Below, one piece after another: positions 54,546-64,000 of a stretch of DNA of 64,000 nucleotides. The notes under the pieces were generated by a model. That model did no database searches. It had not been told where the DNA came from and worked only from the letters and a program-made list of their open reading frames with translations. A program made the translations under genes and the position numbers. Position 1 is the stretch's first letter; the number at the start of each line of letters is the position of its first letter. The stretch is taken from contig MU054338.1 of assembly GCA_013239625.1 (NCBI GenBank), positions 6,488,724 to 6,552,723 on the forward strand, in the 5' to 3' direction. The DNA comes from Lama guanicoe. Taxonomy: Eukaryota.

Positions 54546-56065
54546 TTCCCTTTTTGCCTCTGTAGAATAATTTACAAACCAACCTTACAGTATGTACAAA
54601 AAAAAAAAAAGAAAGAAAAAGAAGGAAGAAAAATTAAAAAAAAGGCCCACTCCGGTCACCGGCTGGGACTGAAACTACTTTCGCTACAAAAATGAACCCT
54701 GTTACAGCGTCATGGGGGTGGGAGCAGGTGGAACTCCCCACTAGGACAGACAGACAAATGGAAGGCTGGGGGAAGCTGGGGGCTACAGTACCGTGTGCTC
54801 AGAATTGGAGGGGACAGAAATGAGAGAGAGAGGGGCCTGGCCTGCCCAGCTGCAGAACCAGGTCCAGGGGCAGAGCAGAGCGGGAAGAGGGGGCCTTTCC
54901 TTCCAAACAGTCCCCCATGGCTTGGAGAAAAATGGCCTTGCCTCTGTCTGTTGTATTGCTCAGGGAACATCTAGGGGAAGAGGGAGAGGCTTGGCAAGGT
55001 CGGTGCAAAGGAGAAATGACTTTGGCGTCAGGGTGGGAAGGGCTGCCCAGAAAGGGGATGTGGGTGTACGCTGTTATTGCTTCCTCCTAGGGCAAAGGGT
55101 TGGGGAGAGGGCAGGAAGATGCTGAGGAGGAGGGCGCCCAGGTTGAGGACTCTGGGCCTGGCCCCACCTCACCCAAGGTGCAGGGGGGAGCCACTGCAAC
55201 CCCCTCTCCTATGGCCATGGGAATCGTTAAGGCAGAAACAAGAGGAGAAGCAGCTGAAACGAGGGGCGAGGCTCCAAGCCAATCCCCCAAAACAGAGAAA
55301 ATTCAAACGGAAACTAAGGTGGAAGGGGAAGCGGGTGGCAAGTGGAGGGAGGATCAGGCCCTCCTCAGACCTCAGCTCCCAAGTTGGTGGTGTGAATGTC
55401 CCTTGCACACCCAACCCCTGCATCCTAAAGCCCACAGCTCCCCACTGCCTGACCCCAAGTCAATATTGCCAGGTTTGTGCAAAATGAGGCGGAAGACTTC
55501 TGGGGTGAGGGCGACGAGCCAGAGAGGGGCTGGAGCAGGGGCCCCCACAGTGCGCCCCCCTCCCCGCCCCTGGGGCCCCACCCTGAATGGCTATTTCTGG
55601 CTGGGTTCTAGAGACCCTCCAAAATTCAGAAGAAAAGCCTGGAGCGAGACCCTACACCAGGCAAAGAGCCTGAAGAGGCCGGAAGACTGAGCCGGGAACC
55701 TGGGGGACAGACTAGGGGGTTGGAGATGGACCAGGGGAGCCGGGAACAGGAGCATCTACAGTTGCTGTGTTTCATCCTGGTTTTTTTTTCTTTTTTTTTT
55801 CTTTTTCTAAAAATGTAACAATTAAAATTCCAAAAATAAAATCCCTTCCGGGACCTCAGCCCCCTGTTCCCCAGCCCCCACCTCCAAAAAGAAGCCCCGT
55901 GGGTGGGGGTGGGGAGAAAGGGGAAAAAAAGAAAAGAGAAAAAAACCCACTTTTCTGTTTTCTTTTTTCTCAGGAGGCCCAAGAGTCTTTGAGGCAGTGG
56001 ACAAGGTCGGGGGGTGATGGTGGTGGTGGGAGGCAGGGAGGGCAACAGGGTGCAGGGGCTGAGGC

Positions 56066-63692
<7,627 letters not shown>

Positions 63693-64000
63693 CTAAAGTG
63701 AAGGAGGCAAGAAGGAAGGAAAAATGGGGTCATGGCAGGGGTGTGGGTGGGAAGTCAGTCCCTTCCAAGAAACTTCTGAAGACCCCGTGAATCTCTCCTC
63801 CATCTCTACTCAGCCAACAGAGCCCTCAGAAGGCTGCTAGAGGGGAGGGTCAGCTCTTCCTCTCCTCCCGGCTCTGGATGGGGGTCCCCAGGCTTGGGGA
63901 GTCAGAAACTCAGCATATCCTTCCCTGTCTGAGGAAGAGGGGCTCCTCTCACCATATTCCCCACTTCTCCACCCAAGGAGGAGCCAGAGGGGCACCTGTG

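Overview
Mammalian genomic DNA carrying the conserved block KRI1(+) / ATG4D(-) / S1PR5(+) / KEAP1(+) / PDE4A(-, 3' part only), orthologous to human 19p13.2. About 11 copies of one tRNA-Ala(AGC)-derived SINE suggest a camelid (inference). I assembled the exons by hand; all introns are GT-AG and frames are continuous: KRI1 19 exons/704 aa, ATG4D 10 exons/473 aa, S1PR5 single coding exon/400 aa, KEAP1 5 coding exons/624 aa, and the last 9 coding exons of PDE4A. The rest is mostly L1, L2, MIR, MaLR/ERV LTRs, SINEs and microsatellites. I see no new protein-coding gene or prokaryote-type system. Best leads: (1) a KEAP1 alternative first exon with a full-consensus ARE followed by two strong-Kozak ATGs, which after splicing open a 41-codon uORF overlapping the weak KEAP1 start; (2) an orphan CpG/CCAAT promoter with splice donors pointing antisense towards KEAP1, followed by a degenerate ~30-bp repeat array; (3) a KEAP1 C583S substitution; (4) overlapping KRI1/ATG4D 3' ends; (5) a mirtron-like ATG4D intron; (6) a SINE interrupted by both a solo LTR and an L1 fragment. 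Comparisons with human sequences are from memory and need checking by alignment.
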